The notes under the pieces are model-generated. The model saw only the letters and a list, made by a program, of their open reading frames with translations, made no database searches and was not told the origin of the DNA. Position numbers and translations under genes: made by a program. Shown piece after piece: positions 29,714 through 39,560 of a DNA stretch of 64,000 nt (the first letter of the stretch is position 1; every line of letters begins with the position of its first letter). This DNA is from Nitrospirota bacterium (GTDB lineage Bacteria > Nitrospirota > Thermodesulfovibrionia > UBA6902 > JAJYJJ01). The stretch is from positions 238-64,237 of the forward strand of contig JAJYJJ010000013.1 in the NCBI GenBank assembly GCA_021789595.1, written 5' to 3'.

Positions 29714-30795
29714 TGGGTCTTTCTGCATTAATAGATGTAACACCCCAGGAGCTTAGATTCTACCTTATAAAGAGGGAGACGAAAGGCTATAGCATTGTTG
29801 AAGAAAGGCATATAGGGATAAAAGACAGCTATCTCGATGCACTTAAGGAGCTTGAGGCCATGATGGATGTTGAAAGGGTATACCTCAGCCTGCCGTTGGA
29901 TTATTTCAGCATAAGGATTCTTGAACTTCCATTTACAGATAAAAATAGATTAAAGGATGTCCTTCCCTTTGAGCTTGAAGGCCTGTTATTTAAGGATGTC
30001 GGCGAGATGGCCTTTGATTCTATCATTATTGGTGAGAAGGATGGTAAGAATACTGTCCTTGTTACTGCAGCGGAAAAGAAATCCCTGAAGGAGATGATTG
30101 AAGCCCTCAAGCAAAAGGGGCTTGAGCCTGAGATTATAAACTCCATAGACCTCAGGATGATGCAGATGGCCAGGGGCTCTAATGGACAGCTCGAACTATC
30201 CGAACTTCTATTATCGCCTATATACGACGATAAGGACAGAATGAAAACTGCTATTGCAGAACTTGACACCCCATCCTTTAACATCAGGCAGGGGGACATC
30301 GCATATACCACAGGCAGAGAAAAGATGATTAAGTCCCTTCGCTGGACCATGGGCATCGGCATAATCCTTCTTTTGTTGATAGGTGCTGACCTTTCCCTCA
30401 GATACTTTCACCTGAGGAACGAGGTATCAACCATGAACAGGGAGATCAGAAAGGTATATCTTGATGCATTTCCAAAGGATATAAAGGTCAGGGATGAACT
30501 TTACCAGTTTAAGGTGCACATGAAAGAGGCAAAGGATAAAGAGAACCTCTTCCACGGTCTGTCTCCACTTGATGTGCTTCTATCTATAGCCAACAAGAAG
30601 ACGCAGGGTCTCGTATACAATGAGATTTCTATGGATGAGTCAAAGATAGGCCTGAAAGGCGAGGCCCCTTCATTCACAGATGTAAATAGATTGAAGTCAG
30701 CCCTGTCAGACCTTGGCGATGTCATTATAGCAGATACAAAGAGCGCGCTTGACGGCAAGATAAACTTCACAATCAACATAAAGGTAAAGAGATGA
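29713..30795 (+). CDS. gspL: T2SS GspL
   Basis: Actin-like LPF/LPFELE segment, single TM, PilN-like C-terminus. Confidence 0.75.
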   Translation: MGLSALIDVTPQELRFYLIKRETKGYSIVEERHIGIKDSYLDALKELEAMMDVERVYLSLPLDYFSIRILELPFTDKNRLKDVLPFELEGLLFKDVGEMAFDSIIIGEKDGKNTVLVTAAEKKSLKEMIEALKQKGLEPEIINSIDLRMMQMARGSNGQLELSELLLSPIYDDKDRMKTAIAELDTPSFNIRQGDIAYTTGREKMIKSLRWTMGIGIILLLLIGADLSLRYFHLRNEVSTMNREIRKVYLDAFPKDIKVRDELYQFKVHMKEAKDKENLFHGLSPLDVLLSIANKKTQGLVYNEISMDESKIGLKGEAPSFTDVNRLKSALSDLGDVIIADTKSALDGKINFTINIKVKR

Positions 30796-31304
30796 TACGG
30801 AAAGAGATGATAGGGATGATACGGTATAATAAAAAATTTCTATACATCATTGCTGGCATAGTGTTTTTAGTTGTCTTATTTTCCATATTTATTATTGGCA
30901 TCCACACAATGACCAACGAAAAAGAGAGGCTCGGAGGAAATCTCAAGGATATATTGGCAATGAGGGATGAATATGCAGCAATCACAGCAGATGCAGCCCG
31001 ACTTGAGAGAAAGGTTGGCCAGAGCTCTCAGGGCATTGTTCCGATAATAGAGGATACACTCGGAACACTCGGTATAAAGGCAAAGGCAATAAAACCCATA
31101 GATAAAAATAAGGTGGGGACATATACAGAGGAAAGCGCTGAGCTTCAGGTAGATGGACTTGATATGAACCACCTTGTCAACCTCCTCTACAGGCTTGAAA
31201 ACTCACCAATGCCTTTAAAGATAAAGACTGCATCTATGAAGAGTTCCTTTGATAATCCTGAGCTTATTAACCTGACCGCCACAATAGCCCTTATAACAAA
31301 GTGA
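30792..31304 (+). CDS. gspM: T2SS GspM
   Basis: TM, coiled coil, LVNLLYRLE; gene order. Confidence 0.7.
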   Translation: MIRKEMIGMIRYNKKFLYIIAGIVFLVVLFSIFIIGIHTMTNEKERLGGNLKDILAMRDEYAAITADAARLERKVGQSSQGIVPIIEDTLGTLGIKAKAIKPIDKNKVGTYTEESAELQVDGLDMNHLVNLLYRLENSPMPLKIKTASMKSSFDNPELINLTATIALITK

Positions 31305-32092
31305 AAAGATACTGGTTTGCTGCTCCCTTACTACTGCCTTTAATCGTCATCCTCATATGGTCAATTGCAATACCAACAAATGTCATCGAGAGGCTGTTAG
31401 AGGACAATCTCTCAAGGTCGCTTAATCTCAGGGTGAGGGTTGAAGATCTCAAGAAGGACATCCTCTTTGGGCTTGAGGCAGACAGTCTTACCCTGTATAG
31501 GGATGACAGGACGATAATCAAGATTGATGATCTGAAGCTGAGGATTAACCCCTTGACGCTTATAACAGGTACTCTGGATGTCTATTCTATAAAGGGCAAT
31601 CTTGGCAGTGGAAAATTAAAGGGGAATCTGTCCATATCAAGCAGTTCATATAAGGCACACATCGAGGCATCAAATATAGATATTGCAACCATCCCTTACA
31701 TGAGTGGATTTTCTCTTAAAGGCACCGACAGTTTTTCAGGCAACCTCAAGATTAAGGACGGAAAGGGTGAGGCACGGTTCTGGAGCAATAATGTAGTGCT
31801 TGATAATGCCTTTATTGCAGGTGTTGCGCTTCCACTTAAGGCATTTAATGACATAAAAGGCGCACTTGATCTCAGCCCTGGCTATGTGGATGTTAAATCA
31901 TTCTCGTTTGAAGGCAGCGAGCTCAGTGCAAGGATTAAGGGAACCGTCAAGGCAGGGACAATGGATATGGTTATGGAGGTTATGCCAAAGGCCTCTTACC
32001 TCAATGAGAATTCCATATTCTTCAGCCTCCTTAATCAGTATAAAGTGTCCCCTGGATATTATGCCATACCTATAAAAGGCCCCTTGTCCTAA
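31301..32092 (+). CDS. gspN: T2SS GspN
   Basis: N-terminal TM, beta-rich, last gene of the cluster. Confidence 0.65.
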   Translation: MKRYWFAAPLLLPLIVILIWSIAIPTNVIERLLEDNLSRSLNLRVRVEDLKKDILFGLEADSLTLYRDDRTIIKIDDLKLRINPLTLITGTLDVYSIKGNLGSGKLKGNLSISSSSYKAHIEASNIDIATIPYMSGFSLKGTDSFSGNLKIKDGKGEARFWSNNVVLDNAFIAGVALPLKAFNDIKGALDLSPGYVDVKSFSFEGSELSARIKGTVKAGTMDMVMEVMPKASYLNENSIFFSLLNQYKVSPGYYAIPIKGPLS

Positions 32093-32141
32093 TCGCTATA
32101 ACCTTGACTTTATATTGTAATATCCTGTAGCTTAAGTAATA

Positions 32142-32218
32142 CGGGGCGTAGCGCAGCTTGGTAGCGCGCCTGCTTTGGGAGCAGGATGCCGGAGGTTCAA
32201 GTCCTCTCGCCCCGACCA
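32142..32218 (+). tRNA. tRNA-Pro(TGG)
   Basis: Cloverleaf, anticodon arm CCTGC-tt TGG ga-GCAGG, CCA; promoter TTGACT-18-TAGCTT at 32104-32133. Confidence 0.97.
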
Positions 32219-32221
32219 ATT

Positions 32222-32298
32222 GCGCCTGTAGCTCAGTTGGATAGAGCAGCTGCCTTCTAAGCAGCGGGTCAGGGGTTCGAATCCCTTCAGGCGCGCCA
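32222..32298 (+). tRNA. tRNA-Arg(TCT)
   Basis: GCTGC-ct TCT aa-GCAGC, GGTTCGAATCC, CCA. Confidence 0.97.
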
Positions 32299-32318
32299 TA
32301 AGAAAAGAGGTGAGAGAT

Positions 32319-32528
32319 ATGTTTGAAGGGCTTTTTCAACCGATGCACCTGATAATAATACTCGTAATCGTGCTGATAATATTCGGTCCTGGAAAACTTC
32401 CACAGATAGGCTCCGGGCTCGGCAAGAGCATAAGAGAATTTAAGAAGGCTCTGTCCGATGAGGAGAAGCGTCCTGCTATAGAAGATAAGAGAGATGCGGC
32501 ACAGGACACAGCAGAAAAAAAGACATAA
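32319..32528 (+). CDS. tatA: Twin-arginine translocase TatA/E
   Basis: [21 protein letters not shown] helix; SD GAGGTG. Confidence 0.92.
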   Translation: MFEGLFQPMHLIIILVIVLIIFGPGKLPQIGSGLGKSIREFKKALSDEEKRPAIEDKRDAAQDTAEKKT

Positions 32529-32592
32529 GACAGTCTGATTAAATGAATTAAATACCGCCCATAAACCATGGGCTGCTGCTTTGTTTCTTAGT

Positions 32593-32669
32593 GGTGAGTG
32601 TAGCTCAATGGTCAGAGCACTGGACTGTGGCTCCAGGGGTTGTGGGTTCGAGTCCCATCACTCACCCCA
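32593..32669 (+). tRNA. tRNA-His(GTG)
   Basis: G-1 and C73, CTGGA-ct GTG gc-TCCAG, CCA. Confidence 0.96.
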
Positions 32670-32924
32670 TGTCCATTTACAGTAAACACAATGATATTGC
32701 TATAGCCAGCATAGCTCCTTTATGTTTTTTCGCCGTAGATCTACTATCCAGTTGCGATTTAGAGGAATGAAGAAAGACCCTGCTGTGCTGTCATTGTAGA
32801 ACTCCCTGACTGACCTGACAGGAAAATCCTATCACACCCCGTTGTGGCTGTCAAGCACAACATCTAACCGGACAGGTTATTGCGATTTTATCACGCTGAT
32901 ATGCTAAAATATCTTCAGACCCTT

Positions 32925-32968
32925 CTGCCTGTGCGTTGCCTGTCTGCACAGGCAGGCACGCAGACAGG
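32925..32968. repeat. Nested REP-like palindrome
   Basis: CTGCCTGTGCGT[TGCCTGTCTGcaCAGGCAGGC]ACGCAGACAGG. Confidence 0.7.
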
Positions 32969-32972
32969 TGAT

Positions 32973-33049
32973 GCGCCTGTAGCTCAGATGGATAGAGCAT
33001 CGGCCTCCGGAGCCGAGGGTCGGAGGTTCGAATCCTCTCAGGCGCGCCA
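32973..33049 (+). tRNA. tRNA-Arg(CCG)
   Basis: TCGGC-ct CCG ga-GCCGA, GGTTCGAATCC, CCA. Confidence 0.97.
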
Positions 33050-33066
33050 ATTTATGGAGATCTATT

Positions 33067-34392
33067 ATGAATAGACTATCACTTGCAGAAGAGATTATAG
33101 GCCTTGCACTCAGGCGCGGTGCAGACATGGCCGATGTCTATATAAAAGACTATAAGAACCTGTCTGTTGAGGTGAAGCAGCAGGATGTGGAATCTCTCGA
33201 TTCATCCGAGACCATAGGCATTGCATTAAGGGTGATAAGGCAGAAAAGGCTTGGGTTTTCATTTACCACAGATGTTGATTCTATTGGGAAAATGGTTGAT
33301 GATGCTGTGGAGGCATCGAGGTGGTCGGGTGAGGATGTCTATCTTGACCTGCCTGAGAGATCAATAGCCTCTGATATAGATATCTTTGACGAAAAGATCG
33401 CTGATGTCAGTGAGGGCAGCGCTATAGAAAATGCCCTTATGCTTGAAAAGAGTGCCTTGTCTTTCGACCGGAGGATAAAAAAGGTAAGAAAGGCATCTGC
33501 GTTTTTCTACTGCTCGTTCACGAGCTTTGCCAATTCAAAAGGGGTAAGGGCCCATTATAAAGGGACTATTGTATCCAGCCACATCATGGCCATCGCTGAG
33601 GATAAAGGAGACAGCCAGATGGCCTGGGACATGGGTATAGCGAGATTCCTTGAGGCGATAGACTTCTCAGCCATAGGTAAGAGCGCTGCTGACAATGCTG
33701 TGTCGCTCCTTGGCGCCAGGAGGATATCGGCTGTAAAGGCACCTGTTATCCTTGACCCCTTTGTTGCTACAGAGTTTCTTGGAATCCTTGCCTCATCGTT
33801 TAATTCCGATAACATACAGAAGGGCAAGTCCATGCTTAAAGGGAAACTTGGTATGGATATTATGTCCCCTGTTATAACTATTGTTGATAACGGCCAGATG
33901 CAAAGGGGTATTGGAAGTACCCCGGTAGATGATGAGGGCGTGCCTACAATGAAAAAGGATGTAGTGGCCAAGGGAAAACTCCTCTGCTATCTCTATAACA
34001 CATACACTGCGCGCAAGGACAATACCGTTTCAACAGGAAATGCGGTCAGGGGAGATTTCAAGGGCATTCCGTCTGTGGGCGTAACAAACCTCTACATAGA
34101 GAAAGGCGATATAGATAGGGGTGCCCTTGTCAAGCTCCCTGGAAGGGCGATATATATCATGGAGGCAATGGGAATGCATACAATCAATCCCATTTCAGGG
34201 GATTTCTCTGTTGGAGTCACAGGACTATGGATGGAAAATGGTGAAGTGGCCTATCCTGTAAAAGAGGCAGTAATCTCAGGTAATATCCTCGACCTGTTCA
34301 GGCGTGTCAGGGCAGTAGGGAGCGACCTCAGGTTTTATGGAAGGGTTGGTTCTCCAAGCCTTTTGATAGAGGACATAGATATAAGCGGCTGA
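33067..34392 (+). CDS. pmbA: TldD/PmbA family protein (PmbA/TldE type)
   Basis: DDEG, STGNA, NPISGDFS, PSLL; no HExxH. Confidence 0.85.
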   Translation: MNRLSLAEEIIGLALRRGADMADVYIKDYKNLSVEVKQQDVESLDSSETIGIALRVIRQKRLGFSFTTDVDSIGKMVDDAVEASRWSGEDVYLDLPERSIASDIDIFDEKIADVSEGSAIENALMLEKSALSFDRRIKKVRKASAFFYCSFTSFANSKGVRAHYKGTIVSSHIMAIAEDKGDSQMAWDMGIARFLEAIDFSAIGKSAADNAVSLLGARRISAVKAPVILDPFVATEFLGILASSFNSDNIQKGKSMLKGKLGMDIMSPVITIVDNGQMQRGIGSTPVDDEGVPTMKKDVVAKGKLLCYLYNTYTARKDNTVSTGNAVRGDFKGIPSVGVTNLYIEKGDIDRGALVKLPGRAIYIMEAMGMHTINPISGDFSVGVTGLWMENGEVAYPVKEAVISGNILDLFRRVRAVGSDLRFYGRVGSPSLLIEDIDISG

Positions 34393-34398
34393 ATGTAT

Positions 34399-35169
34399 TT
34401 ATTCAGCCGCCTTCTTCAGTTTTTTCAAAAATGGCTCTATCAGGTCTATAGGCACAGGGAATATCGTCGTTGAATTTTTCTCTGTGGCAATCTCTGTCAG
34501 GGTTTGTAGGAATCTCAATTGTATAGCAGCAGGCTGTGTGCCGATAATAGCTGCTGCATCAGCAAGTTTCTGCGATGCCTGAAATTCTCCCTCTGCATGG
34601 ATGACCTTTGCCCTTCTTTCTCTTTCTGCCTCAGCCTGTCTTGCAATAGCCCTCTGCATCTCTACAGGGATATCCACATTCTTGACCTCCACAGCGATTA
34701 CCTTTACACCCCACGGCTCTGTCTGCTGGTCAAGGACATTCTGAAGCTCTGCATTGATCTCCTCACGCTTTGTAAGGAGGTCATCAAGCTGACTCTTGCC
34801 AAGGGTGCTCCGCAATGTTGTCTGGGCAAACTGGGAGGTTGCAAAGAAGAAGTCCTCTACATCTATTACGGCCTTTACAGGGTCAACTACCCTGAAATAT
34901 ACCACGGCAGTTACCTTTACAGAGACATTGTCCCTTGTAATAATATCCTGCGATGGCACATCCATTGTTACAGTCCGAAGGCTTATCCTGAGAAGTCTGT
35001 CTATGACGGGGATGATTATCACAAGGCCAGGACCTTTAACGGGTCTCACACGGCCAAGCCTGAATACAACACCCCGTTCATATTCCCTCAGTATCTTTAT
35101 TGCGCTTGAAAGGAAATATATCACCAGTACCAGGATAAGAACAAAGCTTGTCAAAGTTGCCGGTATCAT
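34399..35169 (-). CDS. SPFH/stomatin (slipin) protein
   Basis: [31 protein letters not shown]. Confidence 0.92.
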   Translation of the reverse strand: MIPATLTSFVLILVLVIYFLSSAIKILREYERGVVFRLGRVRPVKGPGLVIIIPVIDRLLRISLRTVTMDVPSQDIITRDNVSVKVTAVVYFRVVDPVKAVIDVEDFFFATSQFAQTTLRSTLGKSQLDDLLTKREEINAELQNVLDQQTEPWGVKVIAVEVKNVDIPVEMQRAIARQAEAERERRAKVIHAEGEFQASQKLADAAAIIGTQPAAIQLRFLQTLTEIATEKNSTTIFPVPIDLIEPFLKKLKKAAE

Positions 35170-36458
35170 TTCATGCCCTCCTTTTTCTTTACCTTTAATT
35201 TTAAGCCATCCAATCCAATAACCACTATCTTGTCTCCTGCCTTTATAGGCTCATCGCTCCATGCCCTCCATAATTCTCCATGGACAAATACCCTCCCTTC
35301 TTCTGTTGCTATATCAGTCCTTGCTATGCCTTCAAGCCCTATAAGCCCCTCCTTACCTGTAGAGGGCTTTTTTCTGTGTGCCTTTATGACAAGCGTGACT
35401 ATGACTGTAAAAAATACTGCTGTAAGTATAACTACAGGGAGTATTATTATCAGGGAAACCCTCATATAAGGTGCTGGAGACTCAAATAGCATAAGGGAAC
35501 CTATAATCATCGATACTATGCCGCCTATGGTCAGGACACCATGGGTTGCTGCCTTTACATCGAGTATGAAAAGGACTATGGCAAGTATAATCAGGAGAAG
35601 CCCTGCATAGTTGACAGGCAGGGTCTGAAAAGAATAGAAGGCAAGTATCAGGCATATCGTGCCTACGACCCCAGGCAGGATTGCCCCGGGGCTTGTCAGC
35701 TCAAAGAATAATCCATAGAATCCAAGGAGCATGAGGATATAGGCGACATTGGGGTCGCTTATTGTATTCAATATCCTGCCTCTCAGCCCGAGATTTAACC
35801 TGACCAGCTTTGCATCTGCTGTCCTGATTGTCTTTGGCCCGATAGGGGTAACTACAGTTCTACCATCTATGGATTTTAGAAGACTGTTTAGATCAGGGCT
35901 TATAATGTCAATGACATCTTCCTTTAATGCCTCCTGCGCGCTTGACGATATGCTTTTTCTCACAGCATCCTCTGCCCATTGCTGGTTCCTTCCCCTTTTT
36001 TGTGCAATTGATCGGATGTATGCAGATGCATCATTGACCACCTTTTCTGCCATGGTCTTGTCCATCTTGCCCTCGAGGCTGACAGGATGTGCAGCACCTA
36101 TGTTTGTGCCAGGCGCCATGGCTGCAATATTGGCTGAAAGGGTTATAAAGACACCTGCGGATGCAGCCCTTGCCCCGCTTGGTGCGACATATACAACAAC
36201 AGGGGTATCGCTTCCAATAATCTTCTTGACGATATCCCTCATGGATGTATCAAGACCACCAGGTGTATCAAGCTCTATCACTATAGCCTCTGCCTTTTCA
36301 TTGGAGGCCTTGTCAATTGCCTTTGTAATGAATTCAGAGGCAACAGGATTTATAATCCCGTTGTATGTCAGAACCAGGACTTCTCTCTTAGCAGGGAGTG
36401 CTCTGACAGCAGTGGCAAGGATAATTATTATAAGTAGAAGAAGGAGTCTCTTACGCAT
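35166..36458 (-). CDS. nfeD: NfeD membrane-bound serine protease (long form)
   Basis: DTPGG, AASAG, GAAHP, GELW OB domain; start ATG 36458 set by the promoter. Confidence 0.9.
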   Translation of the reverse strand: MRKRLLLLLIIIILATAVRALPAKREVLVLTYNGIINPVASEFITKAIDKASNEKAEAIVIELDTPGGLDTSMRDIVKKIIGSDTPVVVYVAPSGARAASAGVFITLSANIAAMAPGTNIGAAHPVSLEGKMDKTMAEKVVNDASAYIRSIAQKRGRNQQWAEDAVRKSISSSAQEALKEDVIDIISPDLNSLLKSIDGRTVVTPIGPKTIRTADAKLVRLNLGLRGRILNTISDPNVAYILMLLGFYGLFFELTSPGAILPGVVGTICLILAFYSFQTLPVNYAGLLLIILAIVLFILDVKAATHGVLTIGGIVSMIIGSLMLFESPAPYMRVSLIIILPVVILTAVFFTVIVTLVIKAHRKKPSTGKEGLIGLEGIARTDIATEEGRVFVHGELWRAWSDEPIKAGDKIVVIGLDGLKLKVKKKEGMK

Positions 36459-36465
36459 TAAGGAG

Positions 36466-36494
36466 ATTATATATCTTATAATCCAGACTGTCAA
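36466..36494 (-). promoter_or_regulatory. Consensus sigma70 promoter giving a leaderless nfeD mRNA
   Basis: TTGACA-17nt-TATAAT-7nt-ATG, no SD. Confidence 0.8.
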
Positions 36495-36576
36495 TCCATA
36501 CAGCGAACATAAAAAAACAGTTTATAGCCCTTGAAAAATATCCCTTAGTATGTTTAATCTATTTAGATTTGTAACT

Positions 36577-36736
36577 TTACTAATGGGGTCATGAGTAAAT
36601 CCACATTCGCTCTTTATCTCTGTCATTGCGGCAGAGCCTGTCCCCGCTTGTCGGGGATCGCCGCAATCCTTCTTTAAGATTCCTGACAAGCAGGAAGGAT
36701 TCCCGACAAGCGGGAATGACACTATGTGGCTTTACT
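36577..36736. mobile_element. Composite MITE/REP-like element
   Basis: Outer IR AGTAAATCCACAT/ATGTGGCTTTACT (12/13); inner TGTCATT...AATGACA (36621-36721); internal hairpins. Confidence 0.7.
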
Positions 36737-36819
36737 AAAGGTTCTTGACCTAAAGTCTTTCGAGCTGAGGGCAGAAGGGATAGAGGTAGAGGACAATGGT
36801 AGAGAAAGGCATTAGAAGA

Positions 36820-37479
36820 ATGATACCTCTAAATGACATCCGATTTGTCCTACTGGATATGGACGGAACACTCCTGGACAAATATTTTGATGACTACTTC
36901 TGGGAACATCTCGTGCCTGAAAAATATGCAGAGAAACACAACATAACATTTGGCAGGGCTAAGGAAGAGTTGTTCTCTAAATACAAGGCCCATGAAGGCA
37001 CTTTAAACTGGACAGATATTGATTTCTGGTCAAGAGAGTTGGATATAGATATCCCTGCACTTAAAGAACAGATAAAGCACATGATAGATATCCACCCCCA
37101 TGTAGAGGAGTTTCTGAGGATGTTAAAAAGACACAAGAAGAAGGTGTATATGGTCACCAATGCACACTACAAGGTCTTGGATATAAAATTAAAGAAAACG
37201 GATATTGGTAAATATTTCGACAGATGCATCACATCCTTTGAAATAGGCTATCCAAAGGAGATGATAGAATTCTGGCAGAAGGCAGAAAAGCTACTAAAAT
37301 TTGACAGGGAAAAGACCCTTTTTATCGATGATACAGCAGAGATACTTAAGACAGCAAGGGAATTTGGGATAAGGTATCTGATTTTGAAAACAAGGGCTAA
37401 TTCTAAAAAGGCAGATAAACCTGCAAATGACTTCCCTGCCCTAAAGGATTTTAAAGAACTCCTGACCCCAGATTGCTGA
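36820..37479 (+). CDS. HAD-family hydrolase (YrfG-like nucleotidase)
   Basis: DMDGTLLD..FD..FW, TNAH, FIDD; start 36796 or 36820. Confidence 0.85.
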   Translation: MIPLNDIRFVLLDMDGTLLDKYFDDYFWEHLVPEKYAEKHNITFGRAKEELFSKYKAHEGTLNWTDIDFWSRELDIDIPALKEQIKHMIDIHPHVEEFLRMLKRHKKKVYMVTNAHYKVLDIKLKKTDIGKYFDRCITSFEIGYPKEMIEFWQKAEKLLKFDREKTLFIDDTAEILKTAREFGIRYLILKTRANSKKADKPANDFPALKDFKELLTPDC

Positions 37480-37508
37480 CCTCCTTCTGGACAGTGAGAC
37501 CAAAATGT

Positions 37509-37561
37509 GCAAGGAATGGATATTCAGGTGATATCTGCCACCCATTCCGATCCATTCCTGC
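37509..37561. terminator. Hairpin between convergent genes
   Basis: GCAAGGAATGGAT...ATCCATTCCTGC with inner GGTG/CACC. Confidence 0.5.
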
Positions 37562-37577
37562 TACTTATTATTGAAAA

Positions 37578-39092
37578 TCAGCCTTTGTACTTTTCGTAAA
37601 CCTCTTCAAAAGATCTGTGTATGTCTTTAAATACCTTGAGTACTCCGGGGTCAAAGTGATGCGGCATCGTCCTTTCATCGCCTTCAGTTATTATCCTGCA
37701 CGTTGTATCATGGTCAAATGCGGGTTTATATACACGAGAATTCCTCAGGGCATCGTACTGGTCTGCGATGTTCATTATCCTCCCTTCAATGGGTATCTGT
37801 TCTCCCCTTAATCCATAGGGATAACCGCCTCCATCCCATCTTTCGTGGTGTGACAGTGCTATGGTCTTTGCCATCGTAAGTCGAACATGGTCCCCCAGAA
37901 TCTTTGCTCCATACAGTGTATGCTTCTTCATCTCCTTCCATTCTTCAGGCGTAAGCTTGCCCGGCTTTCTTAAGATCTCTGCAGGCGTATGGATCTTTCC
38001 CACATCATGCATCTGGGCCTGTAGGCGGATTATGCTTGTAAACTTCTCACTCATGCCGAGTTGTCCCGCAACCAGAGCGCAATACTCGCCGACCCTTATG
38101 ATGTGGTTGCCCGTGTCTTCGTCATTCGCTTCGGATGCCCTTGCGAGGGCATGGACCGTATATGCAAATGCATCATCTGTCTCTTTAACCTGAGAGGAAA
38201 TGGATTTTAAGAACAGGCTCTGTGCAACAAGGCTTTCCATGACAGAGGCATCGTATTCGTTGACTTCCCTGCCGTAATTGAATGCAGCAATGCAGAAATC
38301 ATTGCTCAGGTAACTGACGGCATTTGAAACCTGTTTATTAAGGGAATCGAGTCTTTCAATAAAATGGCGAAGTTCTGAATTTGCGAGGTCGGCCTCATTA
38401 TGAAATAGTATTTTTGAGGTGAACTGTTCAGGCAGACACTCACCAATGTCGAACTCAACCGTTTTTCTGCTCAATCCTTCCAGGGATGATTCATAGAGGT
38501 AGCATTGGCCTCTGCCTTCAACGGAAAAACGAACCATGATCATCTCAGGTCTTCCTATTGCTTCGTCAGCATGTCTTATAAGCCGGCTTACAACATGATC
38601 TATGTGGAACATAAAGTCGAAATTCAAGGGATCAAAACCGCTTATAAGCTTCCTCCCGAATGACGTAATTGTTGCTATCTTGCTATATGCCTGATTTAAT
38701 CTGTCATTGAGGTTTTTTATTTTAAGGAGCATCTTTATCCGTGCAAGCACCTCCGCCTGGTCAAATGGCTTGGATATGAAATCCTCTGCACCTGCCTCAA
38801 TGCCCTTAATCCTGTCTTCCTTTGACCTGAGAGCTGTAATCATGACAACAGGAACATTCCTGTGCCTTTCATCATCTTTTATTTTTCTGCATACCTCATA
38901 GCCATTCATCTCAGGCATCATTACATCAAGGAGCACAATGTCCATCCTCTGTTCATTGATCTTTTCCAATGCCTCTCTGCCATTTACTGCCTTAATCACC
39001 TCATAACCTCTCGGCACGAGCGATGCCTCAAGAAGCTTAAGATTTGCCAGCTCATCGTCAACGCAAAGTATTCTTGGTTTTTGTGTATGCAT
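37578..39092 (-). CDS. REC + HD-GYP c-di-GMP phosphodiesterase
   Basis: [26 protein letters not shown]. Confidence 0.9.
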   Translation of the reverse strand: MHTQKPRILCVDDELANLKLLEASLVPRGYEVIKAVNGREALEKINEQRMDIVLLDVMMPEMNGYEVCRKIKDDERHRNVPVVMITALRSKEDRIKGIEAGAEDFISKPFDQAEVLARIKMLLKIKNLNDRLNQAYSKIATITSFGRKLISGFDPLNFDFMFHIDHVVSRLIRHADEAIGRPEMIMVRFSVEGRGQCYLYESSLEGLSRKTVEFDIGECLPEQFTSKILFHNEADLANSELRHFIERLDSLNKQVSNAVSYLSNDFCIAAFNYGREVNEYDASVMESLVAQSLFLKSISSQVKETDDAFAYTVHALARASEANDEDTGNHIIRVGEYCALVAGQLGMSEKFTSIIRLQAQMHDVGKIHTPAEILRKPGKLTPEEWKEMKKHTLYGAKILGDHVRLTMAKTIALSHHERWDGGGYPYGLRGEQIPIEGRIMNIADQYDALRNSRVYKPAFDHDTTCRIITEGDERTMPHHFDPGVLKVFKDIHRSFEEVYEKYKG

Positions 39093-39105
39093 AAAGAGAC
39101 CACCT

Positions 39106-39471
39106 CTATCCTAAAAACCTTTTCACCTTCTCAGGCAGTTCCCTCATATTCAGGGGTTTTGAAATATAGTCATCAGCGCCTTCTGCCAGTATCCTTTCCT
39201 CATCACCCAACATTGCAAAGGATGTCACTGCAATGATCTTGATGCCCTTTGTCTCAGGGTCGTTTTTAAGAATGGAGGTGGCAGCAAAACCATCTATAAC
39301 AGGCATCTGCATATCCATGAGTATTAAATCAGGCTTATATTCCTTTGCCGTCTTTATCCCGACTTCTCCATTCTCTGCCTCTAATACCTCATAGCCGTGA
39401 TACTTCAGGACGTCTCTGATCATCCTGCGGTTCTTTTCATTGTCTTCCACAATGAGTATCCTTTTGGTCAT
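39106..39471 (-). CDS. Single-domain response regulator (DivK-like)
   Basis: VEDN, LMDMQMP, ISKP. Confidence 0.9.
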   Translation of the reverse strand: MTKRILIVEDNEKNRRMIRDVLKYHGYEVLEAENGEVGIKTAKEYKPDLILMDMQMPVIDGFAATSILKNDPETKGIKIIAVTSFAMLGDEERILAEGADDYISKPLNMRELPEKVKRFLG

Positions 39472-39488
39472 GATAGCCCCCTGTTTTT

Positions 39489-39560
39489 CGAAATACGAGA
39501 GACGATAGACGAAATCGTCCTTCGTCCCTCATCTCTCGTCCTTTGTCCCCTGTCCTTCGT
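39489..39560. repeat. Inverted heptamer-repeat array
   Basis: cgaaata cgagaga cgataga cga / tcgtcct tcgtccc tcatctc tcgtcct ttgtccc ctgtcct; contains the kinase stop codon. Confidence 0.85.

Noticed and set aside
32670..32920. Possible riboswitch, ncRNA or integrated element after tRNA-His
   Set aside because: No recognisable aptamer, integrase or duplicated tRNA 3' end; an Rfam scan would be needed.
32880..33128. Short ORFs across tRNA-Arg (also 32070..32348)
   Set aside because: Shadow frames of tRNA genes and a palindrome.
35749..36534. Long antisense ORFs (also 34519..35109, 26944..27531, 23464..24036 and others)
   Set aside because: Opposite well-supported genes and lack recognisable motifs; expected antisense shadows.
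37509..37561. Integron attC site
   Set aside because: No RYYYAAC/GTTRRRY ends; better explained as a terminator-like hairpin.
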